In this document: positions 47,490-57,558 of the stretch, in pieces
How positions within the stretch are numbered: the stretch's first letter is position 1
Layout of the letters: every line of letters starts with the position of its first letter
NCBI GenBank assembly: GCA_963796455.1
Contig: CAWCLO010000001.1
Location: forward strand, 736,001-800,000
DNA from: Candidatus Sulfomarinibacteraceae bacterium
Lineage (GTDB): Bacteria > Acidobacteriota > Thermoanaerobaculia > Thermoanaerobaculales > Sulfomarinibacteraceae
Direction of reading: 5' to 3'
DNA: 64,000 nucleotides
Position numbers and translations under genes: made by a program
Notes under the pieces: generated by a model
The model's database searches: none
What the model was told of the DNA's origin: nothing
Seen by the model: the letters and a program-made list of their open reading frames with translations, nothing else

Positions 47490-49490
47490 TTGCAAGATGG
47501 CCAATCGGTAATCGCTGCTCGCTTGAAAAGAGAACCCGAGCCGCGGAAGTGCAAAAGGGGCACGCCCATGACAAATCCAACCTGTTCAAATCCTGAGAGC
47601 CGGCCCGAAAAGCCAAAACAAAGTGTGATCAAAAAACGGTTGGCGGCACTCAAAAGCGGAACAGCTTTCGGCCTTGTCGGCGGTGCGTGGGCCGTCGCGG
47701 GCATCGTGGCGATCGGCTGGTCAGCCTCTACCCACGGATCGACAGTCGATCGCGGTCTGATCCAAAAGGCGGTTCGGTCCACGGTTTATATCGAAGTCGA
47801 AAGGGTCTTTCGAGGTTCCGATTTTTCGAATGCCGGGAGTGGTTTCTTTGTTCACTCGGACGGATTCATCATGACCAATTGGCACGTGGTTGCCGATCAG
47901 GTCGAGCTGCGCATGAGGGGAGTCATGCGCGAAATCTCCCTCACCGTCCTTCAGATCAACGTAATTGTCGACCCCGGTACTCCTCGCGAGCGAAAGTTAC
48001 CGGCTCGAGTGGTGGGGCGAGACCGAAAAAGAGATCTCGCACTCCTCAAGGTGAATCACCAACCTTCCCATTGGATCGAACCCAGTGACAGAGTTCGTGT
48101 TGATTTGATGGACGAAGTCTTTGTCGTGGGTTTTCCTTTTGGAGATTTGTTGACCTTCAACGAACATGGAGGGATTTCCCTCAAGGGTCACCCGGAGCCA
48201 AGCATCAACTCGGGACGAGTGACGTCCCTCCGGAAAGACGACCGAAACCGGATCGTCGCGGTCCAGACTGATGCGGCGATCAACCCTGGGAATTCGGGTG
48301 GGCCCATGCTTACCACGAGCGGGCAACTCGCCGGCGTCGTGTACTCGGGTGTTTCGGGAGGCTCACAAATAGGATTTGCGATCTCGCCCCAATGGGTGTT
48401 CGGCTTCTACCTCGACCGGCTCTTGACGGTCAGTTTCGTTCCACCCTATATTCCGAATCCTCGAAGTCCCGTCAAAATCACGATAGAACCGGGAATATTG
48501 CCGCTCAAAGCCTCCCGCATTTCGCTCCATCTGGAAGGAGCTCACTTCGATCCTTTCGACATTGAAATGAACGAGTCCCTCTCAGGGTGGGAAGCCAAGA
48601 TCTCCGTTCCAGAACGGCCCGAAGAGATCTCTGCGGAGCAGTCCTACTCGGCCTCCCTCAGAGTGTTCGACCAGGCCGGGAGACAGTCATTCCAACGGAA
48701 GTACCGACTCACCGAGGTGAATTCAGCGGAAACCGGCTTGAAGAGCCATCGCGACCCTGAAGCGATGATGCGTGACCGGAGACTCGCAAACTCATTGACA
48801 CTCGAAGAATATGCCCGAAAAAAGTCAGCCGAACGCGCCGCTGGCGAAGAGGACAATTCGAACTCTTCACAACCAGAGCAAACATCACCGAAACGCGACC
48901 CCGACCTCAAGGCTGAATTCCGTAAAGACCCTCCCGAGCTTCACACGAATCTCACCCTGTATGCCAAAGAGATGTATCGAGAAGGCCGCTACCAGGAAGC
49001 GGTCGAGGTCCTCGAGAGAGTTCTGAAATATGACCCGGGCGATGAAATGGCTCGCGAGTATCTGGAACTGGCCTCCGAGCGCCTTCAGATCCAAGAGAAC
49101 TCGAGTTCGCCCCCGAGGGACGGTGGTTTCTCGGTGGAGGAGACCGTGGTTCCAACGGAAACAGAAACGGCTGAGATTCGAGTGATCTTCGAATCCCCAC
49201 TTCGTGCCGGGAGGATCAATTTCTGGCTCAACGACGAAACCCTGGAGGTCGTCGATTTCGCTTTCAAAAAGAAGCTGTTCGAGAAGGGTCTTTCAACCCG
49301 GGTCGAACGGATCTTCGAGATCGCGCCCGGCCACCATCGGTTTTCCTTTTCTCTTGCGGACCAAGACGGCACGTCGCTGGGGCTCTTCTCATTCGAAGAG
49401 CCCTTTCAATCTGGAAGCCGATGGACGCTACGAATCGATATGCCAACGGCGGGATCAAAACCTCAGGCATTCCTCATCGAGAGAAAATGA
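47490..49490 (+). CDS. Membrane-anchored trypsin-like (S1C) serine protease with TPR
   Basis: TNWHVV / DLALL / GNSGGP triad, one TM, TPR near aa 490-525. Start uncertain. Confidence 0.82.
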   Translation: MQDGQSVIAARLKREPEPRKCKRGTPMTNPTCSNPESRPEKPKQSVIKKRLAALKSGTAFGLVGGAWAVAGIVAIGWSASTHGSTVDRGLIQKAVRSTVYIEVERVFRGSDFSNAGSGFFVHSDGFIMTNWHVVADQVELRMRGVMREISLTVLQINVIVDPGTPRERKLPARVVGRDRKRDLALLKVNHQPSHWIEPSDRVRVDLMDEVFVVGFPFGDLLTFNEHGGISLKGHPEPSINSGRVTSLRKDDRNRIVAVQTDAAINPGNSGGPMLTTSGQLAGVVYSGVSGGSQIGFAISPQWVFGFYLDRLLTVSFVPPYIPNPRSPVKITIEPGILPLKASRISLHLEGAHFDPFDIEMNESLSGWEAKISVPERPEEISAEQSYSASLRVFDQAGRQSFQRKYRLTEVNSAETGLKSHRDPEAMMRDRRLANSLTLEEYARKKSAERAAGEEDNSNSSQPEQTSPKRDPDLKAEFRKDPPELHTNLTLYAKEMYREGRYQEAVEVLERVLKYDPGDEMAREYLELASERLQIQENSSSPPRDGGFSVEETVVPTETETAEIRVIFESPLRAGRINFWLNDETLEVVDFAFKKKLFEKGLSTRVERIFEIAPGHHRFSFSLADQDGTSLGLFSFEEPFQSGSRWTLRIDMPTAGSKPQAFLIERK

Positions 49491-49643
49491 TCAACTCATG
49501 AGGAAGATGGAACGCAGCAAACAGCAACACGAACAGCGTCGAGGCCTGCAGAATGTGCAACCCTCTTCAAAAACTCGGCGCCGGTGGGGAAGCATCCCGA
49601 CAATACCGGTGATTCGGGGCAGTCTCTTCGTTCATGAGCTGTC

Positions 49644-49703
49644 TTCGGTGGCCCAAGGCCGCGCGAGGCGCAGGCTTGGGTCCGCTGGAATGAGGTGTTA
49701 GGG
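49644..49703 (-). repeat. Degenerate attC site after mazF
   Basis: Inverse core and internal stem present; distal GTT box lost. Confidence 0.7.
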
Positions 49704-49728
49704 CTCATAGTCATCGAGCGGTCCTTCA

Positions 49729-50070
49729 TCACGTTAGGAGCGCATTGAGTTTCCCGAGCACTTCATTCATGACGGACTGAGGCACTGTGCATGCACACTC
49801 AGCCCTGCGAACTCGCCAATCGAGACTCTTGACCTGATCGGCCAGTACCACGCCTCCGATCTCGAGGTCTTCTGGAAGGGTTACTTCGAACGGATAGCCC
49901 TTGACTTTGCTCGTCACCGGACACATGAGCGCCAAACCAACCCGTTCGTTGTACTCGATCGGCGACAGAACCAGCGCAGGCCTTCGACCTGCCTGTTCGT
50001 GGCCGGCCTGCGGGCTCAGCGAAACCCAGACCACGTCACCTCGTTGCGGGGCCTCTTTTCCGGCTACCAC
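49729..50070 (-). CDS. mazF: MazF/PemK endoribonuclease toxin
   Basis: P.RGDVVWV...GHEQAGRRPALVLSP..YN, CPVTS..KGYPFEV, DQVKSLDW. Confidence 0.95.
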   Translation of the reverse strand: MVAGKEAPQRGDVVWVSLSPQAGHEQAGRRPALVLSPIEYNERVGLALMCPVTSKVKGYPFEVTLPEDLEIGGVVLADQVKSLDWRVRRAECACTVPQSVMNEVLGKLNALLT

Positions 50071-50306
50071 TCTTCGGATCCGACAGCGTCGCCGTAGATC
50101 TGCTCACCATGCACGTTTGCTTCCGTGACTCGCGTCAACAGGCTGCTGAGTTTATAACGCTGAATCGACGATGGGCGGATTACAAGATTTCCGTCTTCGA
50201 GAGAAAGCTCAACCGGGGTGTCCTGTGCCAATCCCAAGTCAGCCGCAAAGGCTTTCGGAATTCTGAGAGCCAGGCTGTTTCCCCACTTCTGAACCTGAGT
50301 TTTCAT
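50064..50306 (-). CDS. mazE: MazE/AbrB-fold antitoxin
   Basis: KWGNSLALRIP; overlaps the mazF start. Confidence 0.95.
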   Translation of the reverse strand: MKTQVQKWGNSLALRIPKAFAADLGLAQDTPVELSLEDGNLVIRPSSIQRYKLSSLLTRVTEANVHGEQIYGDAVGSEEW

Positions 50307-50366
50307 AACGCCTCCGTATCTACAAAGAAGATACATTCTGGCGAGTCTGCTGTCAAGCCGTGTCGC

Positions 50367-50445
50367 CCCTAACGGTCAGGAAGTTCAGCGGACTACAGTC
50401 GGACCCGCCGCTGAGGTGAGGGTCCGCTGGAATGAGGTGTTAGGT
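50367..50445 (-). repeat. Integron attC site (79 bp)
   Basis: CCCTAAC ... CAGCGGAC/GTCCGCTG stem ... GTTAGGT. Confidence 0.85.
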
Positions 50446-50452
50446 TGATGGA

Positions 50453-50663
50453 TCACAGCGACGCTCTGAACTCTTCAACGGTGAGGCCGGCGTCTCGGAC
50501 GATTCCACCCAGTGTGAATGCGTTGACAGGATTGTGCCGCGGAATCGTGACAATTCGCGTGCCGTCGGTCATAACGATATGTTTGCTCTGGCGGGCGATG
50601 CGAAATCCGGCCTTTTGAGTGCCCTGACGGCCGCAAGGTGGTTACGCCAGGTATTCGAGGCAA
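50453..50663 (-). CDS. hicA: HicA-family toxin (frameshifted, absent from ORF track)
   Basis: Manual translation: MPRIPGV..LAAVRAL..AGFRIARQSKHIVMTDGTRIVTIPRHNPVNAFTLGGIVRDAGLTVEEF. Confidence 0.82.
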
Positions 50664-50665
50664 CT

Positions 50666-50860
50666 TCAGACCGCGATATCGATCTCGTGAACCACGAGTC
50701 ACCGATGAGATCTCAACGACCTCAAGGTACTCACGAATCCTGCTTCGATATTTTCGAGAGCTTCCCTTTCGGTGTCACCTTGAGACCAACATCCTGGAAG
50801 TCCGGGTACAGAAACGGCGAAGCCTTCTTCGTCTTCGTGCAGGGCTACTTTGTACTTCAT
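50666..50860 (-). CDS. hicB: HicB-family antitoxin (frameshifted, absent from ORF track)
   Basis: Manual translation: MKYKVALHEDEEGFAVSVPGLPGCWSQGDTEREALENIE..IREYL. Confidence 0.85.
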
Positions 50861-50885
50861 GGCTGTGTCTCCAGACCCATTGTAA

Positions 50886-50954
50886 ACCTAACGGTCCGAG
50901 TTCAGCGGACACCACCCGCCGCGGGTTGGGGTCCGCTGAAACGAGGTGTTAGGT
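50886..50954 (-). repeat. Integron attC site (69 bp)
   Basis: Complementary ACCTAAC / GTTAGGT ends, internal TTCAGCGGAC / GTCCGCTGAA stem. Confidence 0.88.
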
Positions 50955-51371
50955 CATTCCATTTAAGTCTTTACATCCCCAAGAGGGAATCAAACCCCTG
51001 AATTTGGAAAAAGACTGCCAAAAGGCCAAGCGCACCCAAGATCCATCCGCAAATGGCGATTGTGGCCCATCGGCGATATCGAGCCAACAGATTGATGGCT
51101 TCAATTTCTCCGATAGCCCAATTTGGGGTTTCTCGGTACCACTTCCAGAATAACGAGCCGCCAGCCTGCGTGCTTGAGAGGTTCCAGGACCCAACCTCCC
51201 GTTTGCTTTCGCCGTCACCGGGTGGCCGTCCGTCGCTGATCCGATCTGATGGTGATTCTCATACTGATATTCGATGGTCTTGCGGCGACGCTTGTCGCTA
51301 TCGAAATGCTGTCACAAATACAACGAGACCGATAGATAGCAGTTCAAGTCAATGTCTCTAGAACATCCGAA
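50949..51371 (-). other. Probable gene cassette with a broken ORF for a small membrane protein
   Basis: Bounded by GTTAGGT (51372-51378) and an attC; hydrophobic stretch WATIAICGWILGALGLLAVFF in one frame. Confidence 0.45.
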
Positions 51372-51850
51372 ACCTAACTACTGTTAGCGATACTAACGAA
51401 TCGGATGGAAACGTACTCCTGGAGCAAACTAACAACTCTCCTGCCGGTCGAGACACCTTTTCGCATGTCCCCTGTATCAAGCACTATCCCAGTGAATCGT
51501 GGCGCAGGCTTTTGAGTTGTTATCGTGCTTGGATCGCACCCTAACAGGACGGGGGTTAGCGTGCGCACGGTTTGCCCCAGGGCTTCGAATCAGGATCGCA
51601 GCTCGGAACAAACACTCGTCTCATGTCTCCTTCTTCCATTGTAGTCCACCGGTTCACAACATCGGCATATCGATGCCAAGAGGAACGCTCCAACTGTCTT
51701 TTTCCGTCGCCCTGTTCATATTCTTGTTCGTGGCCGTATTCAGACGTTTTACCGCTCTCTTCGACAACTCCCGATCCAACGTTTCAGAGGCAAAACGAAT
51801 TTTGGCGCCTATCGGTACGTATGCGATGTGCCGGTGGCACCTCGATGGCC

Positions 51851-51885
51851 AAAAAAACTTCAGCCCGCCGATCTGGCGGGCTGAA
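51851..51885 (-). terminator. Terminator downstream of second tRNA fragment
   Basis: Minus strand TTCAGCCCGCC-AGATC-GGCGGGCTGAA-G-TTTTTTT. Confidence 0.8.
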
Positions 51886-51899
51886 AGTATTTTAGGCTT

Positions 51900-51947
51900 T
51901 GGAGCCAACGGTCGGATTTGAACCGACGACCTGCTGATTACGAATCA
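51900..51947 (-). pseudogene. 3' half of tRNA-Thr(CGT); att-type duplication 2
   Basis: TGATTCGTAATCAGCAGGTCGTCGGTTCAAATCCGACCGTTGGCTCCA; 5' half absent. Confidence 0.85.
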
Positions 51948-52015
51948 TGGCGGAGAAAGGGATGCCACTTGCTGGTCAATCCTTTGAGGACGGATGTTGT
52001 GCCAATGCTCTGGTT

Positions 52016-53531
52016 TCAAACCCGGATTGATTTACGAGAGCGATATCGCCAGTGGGCTGCAGAACCGCTCTCCGCCGCGTGATGCATTTCAACGGTACGG
52101 ATCTGGACTTCGAACACAAGTCCGTCGCGGTCTCGAACACTTGTGTGAAGGCTTTGGTACCCGTTGGCTTTCGGTTCGGCGATGTAATCCTTGAACCGAA
52201 ATGGTTCAGGATCGAAGAGCCGATGGACGGTATTGAGTGCAAGGTAGCATTCGTCTTGGCTCGGCACGATGATGCGGAAGGCGAGCAGGTCGTGAACTTC
52301 CTCGAACGTCAGGTTTTTCTCCTCCATTTTTCGCCACACCCCGGCGGCGTGTTTCGTGCGGCATTGAATCGCTACAAGTGATACTCCGTCCGCGGAAATC
52401 GAGGACTTGATATTCTCTTCGGTTGCCGCGCACCAATCTGCGCTGGCCATCGACCATCGTCTCGAGGTCGCGGGTGACTCGTCCAAAGGCAGCGCGAATC
52501 AAGCACTTTGAGAGCCGCGTTCTCGGCGCGGGCTGCGGAGCTCCATTTCACCAAACTTCTCAGCCTCCAAGGCATCTTGCTCCCAGATCTGGAGGGCAGC
52601 CTCCCACGCACGTGGATCTTCTGGAGCGTACTCCTCAAGAAGCGCGCAGCGGCTGCGGAGGTAGCGCCGGAAAACTCCCTGATCTGTGGGTTGCCCTGGG
52701 CGATTCAATTCAAGAGGGTCAAACAGCTGGGGATCGACATCAGACGTGGGAAGTGATTTCGAGGCTTCCATCGCTCGCCTGTGCGCGGCAACCAAGAGCC
52801 GGGCGCCATTGGTCAGACTGGCGCTCATATGGTGAAAACGCCAGGCTAGCCACCGCAGCTCGCGCGCAATATCACCCTGCCGAAGCTTGGCCGGGTAACC
52901 CATTTCGACCTTGTGGATGGACGTCAGCAGGTGATTCAACGGCCTCGTAACGAGCAAATGGATGGTCAGCTGGACCGCGATAATTATTGCCAAAAACTGC
53001 AACGCCTATATCGAGCCAGGCGGCGTATCGCCGGGTCGTCATTTCAGTGATGAATTCGGAATCACTCTGCCAGGCGGTCAGTACTCCACCTTCGGTTTCG
53101 AAAAATTTTGACCTGAACGGGAACCTCGGCGTGGAGTGAATCGGCGGCGGAGAGGAAATGGTGCTTGAGAGTGCCGACGCTATCGGTCGGCCGTCGTTAT
53201 TGACGAGCAATAGATTGAAGTCGGACTGGCCTCGGGCGACCTCTGCACGCGCACTGGACAACAGTTGTTTCTCTATCTCGCCCAGACTCGAGGCCCTCTC
53301 GATTTCAGCGGCCAACGGTGCCAACGATTCAGCCAAGAGATCCTGGCGGGCAACGAGTTCTCTGCGCTCCTCCCGATACAGTTGCACAGCTGTTAGCCCA
53401 CCGAGGAGCAGGCCAACGAGCACCGAGATGGTCACGCCGAGCACGACACCCAAAGGGAGCCCCCCTCGTGGTGGCAGGCGGTCCCCTTCAATGAACGAGC
53501 CCTTTTCCATGATTTTCGACGGGTCGGACAT
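52016..53531 (-). CDS. TM-sensor-TM-HAMP protein fused to a RelA/SpoT (p)ppGpp synthetase domain; several frameshifts
   Basis: TM1, ~120-aa extracytoplasmic loop, TM2 with HAMP (VTRPLNHL...EL..LA..F..M), then RTKH..VWRKM, DLLAFRIIV, RFKDYI..PK.NGYQSLH, EVQIRT..MH. Confidence 0.75.
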
Positions 53532-53587
53532 TGTTTCGATGGTGGTAGAAGATGACGTCAAGGCATCCATACGCGCTTTGCGGAGCT

Positions 53588-53602
53588 GCAAACAACGTGC
53601 CC
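53588..53602 (-). promoter_or_regulatory. Sigma54-type -24/-12 promoter candidate
   Basis: Minus strand GGGCACG-TTGT-TTGC matches TGGCACG-N4-TTGC with one mismatch. Confidence 0.55.
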
Positions 53603-53722
53603 GTAACGACAGTGCAATGCTCCCACGGGGTTTGGGATTGCACGCCAAATTGGCACCTGCCGGGGTTTGATCGCGACGGACGCGGTTTTGCGAGAATTAG
53701 GCCGTGGGGAGCATAATAAGTT

Positions 53723-54222
53723 GTGTGGAACTCATTGATTGGAGAGGCGGGGCCCTCAGTCAGTTCTACGGAGTCATCGATTGAAACATGGGCAGAAAAC
53801 CATAAGCCGGCCGCGGCAGTACCGACACAACTGTTGCTGGCGTGGGTGATGTGGGCGACTGTGGGGTCCGCTCTGGTTTTTCTGGGGGCGTTGTGGCTGT
53901 GGGAGTCGGCACCGGTTGTTGCGCCTTGGGTCGCGGCGGGTTCTCAAGCGGTCGGACTGGTCAAATCACGGCTGGTGCTCGACCGAGCAGCGCGAAGGGT
54001 TGTCGACCGAATTTGTGCCCGAGGCGATGGCCGTTGCCTCGGAGGGTTCCTCTCCCTGCCCACTGGGGTCTTGTGGCCTTGATGATGATCGTCGGCCGCC
54101 TGCTCCGAGGCACCCTCGCACATGGAATCGTCGGTCCACTCTATATTGCGGTTGGCACGGCTCTCTGCTTGTCTTCACGCATCTCCTGGCGGGCGTGGCG
54201 CGAGTCACGCTCGACCACCTGA
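53723..54222 (+). CDS. Small hypothetical membrane protein, frameshifted
   Basis: Four hydrophobic segments over two frames; RCLGGFLS...W.LVALMMIVG.LLR. Confidence 0.6.
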
Positions 54223-54254
54223 AACCGGCGCCTGCCAGCTACCGGCGCAGTGGG

Positions 54255-54960
54255 TCACTCACCTTCTTCTTCTTGGACGCGTCGTCGATGATAGTGGACG
54301 CTCCAGTCTTCCAGTTCCTCTGCCGGTGGACAGGTGAGCCCAAGTACGGCTGCCGTCACCAGGAAGGCAAAGGGCGGTCGCCGCCACCAGCCAGGACGGA
54401 ATGAAATCACCCACGTGAAGCCGAGAGTAGAACTCGGCCAAGTTTGTGACGCGAGTCGGGTGAATGAAAAGCTTGGCAACCCAGACCGCAGACATGAAGC
54501 CGATGACCAACAGGTAATTTCGACGGAGCCTCAAGCGCATGCCGGTCAGCCAACTGATGGAGAAGTGGGTGTGGCGCAGGTCGGCCGCGAGCAGGCGCTT
54601 CCAGTCAGGACTCGGATCCGACTCTTTCGCTGGGCACAAGATATTGGCAAAGAACCCGGACTCGAGGAGGTAGAGCCTCCACTTGCTGTGGTGAAGGTGA
54701 CGGTACCGCCGGCCTTCCAGAAGAATCGAGATCATTACCAACGCCAGACCCAACAGCAGCGTGTAGTGAGGAACATCGGCTGACCCGAGGGTGAAGGTCG
54801 TCAGGGCGGTCGCGAGGATGACAGCCCAATTCGATGTGACGTCAAGGCGTTGACGCCACACCGACATGCGGTTCATCTCTGCCCGGTACAGGTGGGCCAC
54901 CGCCATGACCATGTCGCGGTCGTTGGTGGATGTGTTTGCCAATTCTGTATCTCGAACCAT
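54255..54960 (-). CDS. DUF2270-family membrane protein, frameshift near the C-terminus
   Basis: HLYRAEMNR..WRQRLDVTSNWA, EGRRYR, RLRRNY. Confidence 0.85.
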
Positions 54961-55159
54961 CGGTGCACTCTAGCATGAGGGCATACGCTCGCCCCTCGAA
55001 GGCGGTTGCGTGGTTCGGATTGGCGGAGCTGAGAACATCGGTGCCAAGGTTTTCGAAGCTCGTTACCGACGCAGATCTCCAGAGATCTCTTGTTCAAAAA
55101 GCACAGACGGTATTCGTCCGGAACTGGAGGTGGCAAGCGAACGGGCGTACACTAACTTG

Positions 55160-57233
55160 GTGAATACCTACCGAAGTTATCCCATTATCAGAGGTGTGCT
55201 CGGGCTGGCGGATCGCATTCATCTTTTTTTGAAGTACACCGAACACTCATACATGGTGCTCGTGGCGGTTGTGATTGGGCTGCTCGGGGGTCTCGGTGCG
55301 GTGGGTTTCCGCGAGTGTATCCGCCTTTTTCAGCTGGCTGCGTGGCATACCGACAACGTGACCCTCGAGTTACCTCAGAGAGTTGCCCATTGGTGGAAGA
55401 TCATCGACGCCTGCGGCGGGCGGTCTGATCGTCGGGCTGATCATCGTGCGCTTCGCTTCCGAAGCCAAAGGGCATGGCGTGCCGGAAGTCATGGAGGCGG
55501 TGGCGCTTCGGGGCGGTCGTATTCGTCCGCGGGTGGTTATCGCCAAACTCGTCGCATCCGGTGTGTGCATTGCCTCAGGAGGATCTGTGGGTCGGGAAGG
55601 ACCGATCGTTCAGATCGGTTCGGCGATCGGTTCGGCGGTCGGCCAGTGGTTGCGGGTCGGCGAACGCCGGCTGCGGACTCTTGTCGGTTGCGGCGCCGCG
55701 GCCGGGATCGCCGCCACCTTCAATGCGCCGGTGGCTGGCGCCCTGTTTGCGGTCGAGATCATTCTCGGCGATTTCGGCGTCACCCAGTTTTCCCCGATTG
55801 TGATTTCCTCGGTCACGGCGACCGTGGTCAGCCGGCACTTCCTCGGCGATTTCCCGGCGTTCGAGGTTCCGGCCTATCGCCTCGTCAGCGCAAATGAGCT
55901 CTTCGCATATGGCGCACTCGGGATTATCGCTGGACTCGTTGCCCTGCTCTTCGTTCGGACCTTGTATGGCGCCGAAGATCTCTTCGACAAGATCCGCTTT
56001 CCCGCGGTCCTCAAACCTGGCGATCGGTGGCGTGCTCATCGGGTGATCGCGATCCGTTTCCCGGAGATCTTCGGCGTCGGCTATGAGGCGATCAACGAAG
56101 CGTCTGACTGGCGACCTGGGCTGGAGGCTGCTGCTCATCCTCGTGATTGTGAAGATCGTGGCGGTGTCGCTGACAATCGGTTCGGGCGGGTCGGGCGGAA
56201 TTTTCGCGCCGTCATTGTTCATCGGTGCGATGGCGGGTGGCGCTGTCGGTACGGTTGTTCACACCCTGTGGCCCGAGAATGTCGGGCAGCCCGGGAGCCT
56301 ACGCTTTGGTGGGCATGGGCGCCGTGGTGGCGGCTGGCACCCACGCGCCGATAACGGCCATCGTCATGATCTTCGAGCTCACCGGCGACTACAAGATCAT
56401 CCTTCCACTGATGATCAGCTGCATCATCGCGACGCTCCTGGCGACGCGGCTGCAGAAGGCGTCGATCTACACCCTCAAGCTTCTGCGGCGCGGCGTCGAC
56501 ATCCGCGGTGGGTTACTCGGCCAACGTGCTCGGCCACCTGACGGCCCGCGACGCGATGCGAACCGAGTATGCCGAGGTCGGGCGCGCCGACCAGCTCATG
56601 CCGGTGATCTCCCGCTTTGTCGAACGACCGGGCGACACGGTCGTGGTGACCGGCACCGATGATCAGCTTCTTCGGCGTGATCACCGTCGACGATATCCGA
56701 CCGTTGATGACCGATCCGGACAGTCGGTACAGGGCTGGTCATCGCCGAGGACATGATGCGGACGGGCGGTTTCCCGGTATTTGCACCCGACGATCCCCTC
56801 GAACGAGGTCATGCGACGATTTGGGCAGCTACCGATTCATCGCACCGGTGGTCGAGGACGGCCGGCTGGTCGGCACCCTGTGGCCCCAGGACGTGATCGA
56901 GTCCTACAACGCGGAAATCCTCAAGCGCGACATGGCCTCGACCATGGCCGTAACAGTCGGCAACGGCACCCCGGCGCGAGCCCTGCCCGGAGTGCGCGGC
57001 ATGAGCATGGCGGAGGTTCCGGCGCCGGCGAGCTTTTTCGGCCGCAGCCTCGGATCCCTCGACATCCGCAAACCGTTATGGGGTCAGCCTGCTCCTGATC
57101 AAACGGAAGCGGCGAGGACGATGAAGAGATCGTCGACGAATTGCCCGATGCGGCTTCGGTCTTCGAGGAAGGCGATGTGATGTTGGTTCTGGGGAACGAA
57201 GATCGCATCAGCCGATTCGAGAAGGATGGCTGA
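55160..57233 (+). CDS. ClC chloride channel/antiporter with CBS pair and TrkA-C domain; multiple frameshifts
   Basis: [43 protein letters not shown]-terminal FFGRSL..LDIR. Confidence 0.88.
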
Positions 57234-57239
57234 AAGCGC

Positions 57240-57506
57240 TTGCGACCCGCGTTGTTGGTATTCATGACCTTCGGTGGTCTCATCATGGCCGGTTTTGGGG
57301 TGCTTCAGTTTTGGATCGATACGGAATGGCTGCATGAAGCCGTCATCGATGGTCATCGGGGTGGTGGATCCCGGAGATGGAGTCAAGGGAAGAGCACGGT
57401 CGTAGCTCCTCCTGCGGACACGGTTTTTTGCGAAGGGGAAGTATTGCTGCTCCTCGGGAGAATCGACAACCTCAATCCATTCACCACCACATATCAGACA
57501 TCCTGA
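57240..57506 (+). pseudogene. Short ORF ending in a TrkA-C-like fragment
   Basis: VVAPPADTVF.EGEVLLLLG resembles a TrkA-C C-terminus; too short for a full transporter. Confidence 0.35.
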
Positions 57507-57558
57507 CGATAAAGATTAACCTCTGTCGAAAACCACCAAACAGAGGAGTATACGCAGA

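Larger units (their letters stand above)
44454..51947. mobile_element. Genomic island between tRNA-Thr 3' direct repeats
   Basis: ~48-bp direct repeats, AT-richer patches, TA systems and attC sites; no integrase inside. Confidence 0.75.

Noticed and set aside
44767..50954. CRISPR-like recurrence of GGGTCCGCTGGAA..GTTAGG
   Set aside because: Spacing is gene-sized and irregular, there are no cas genes, and the structure fits attC.
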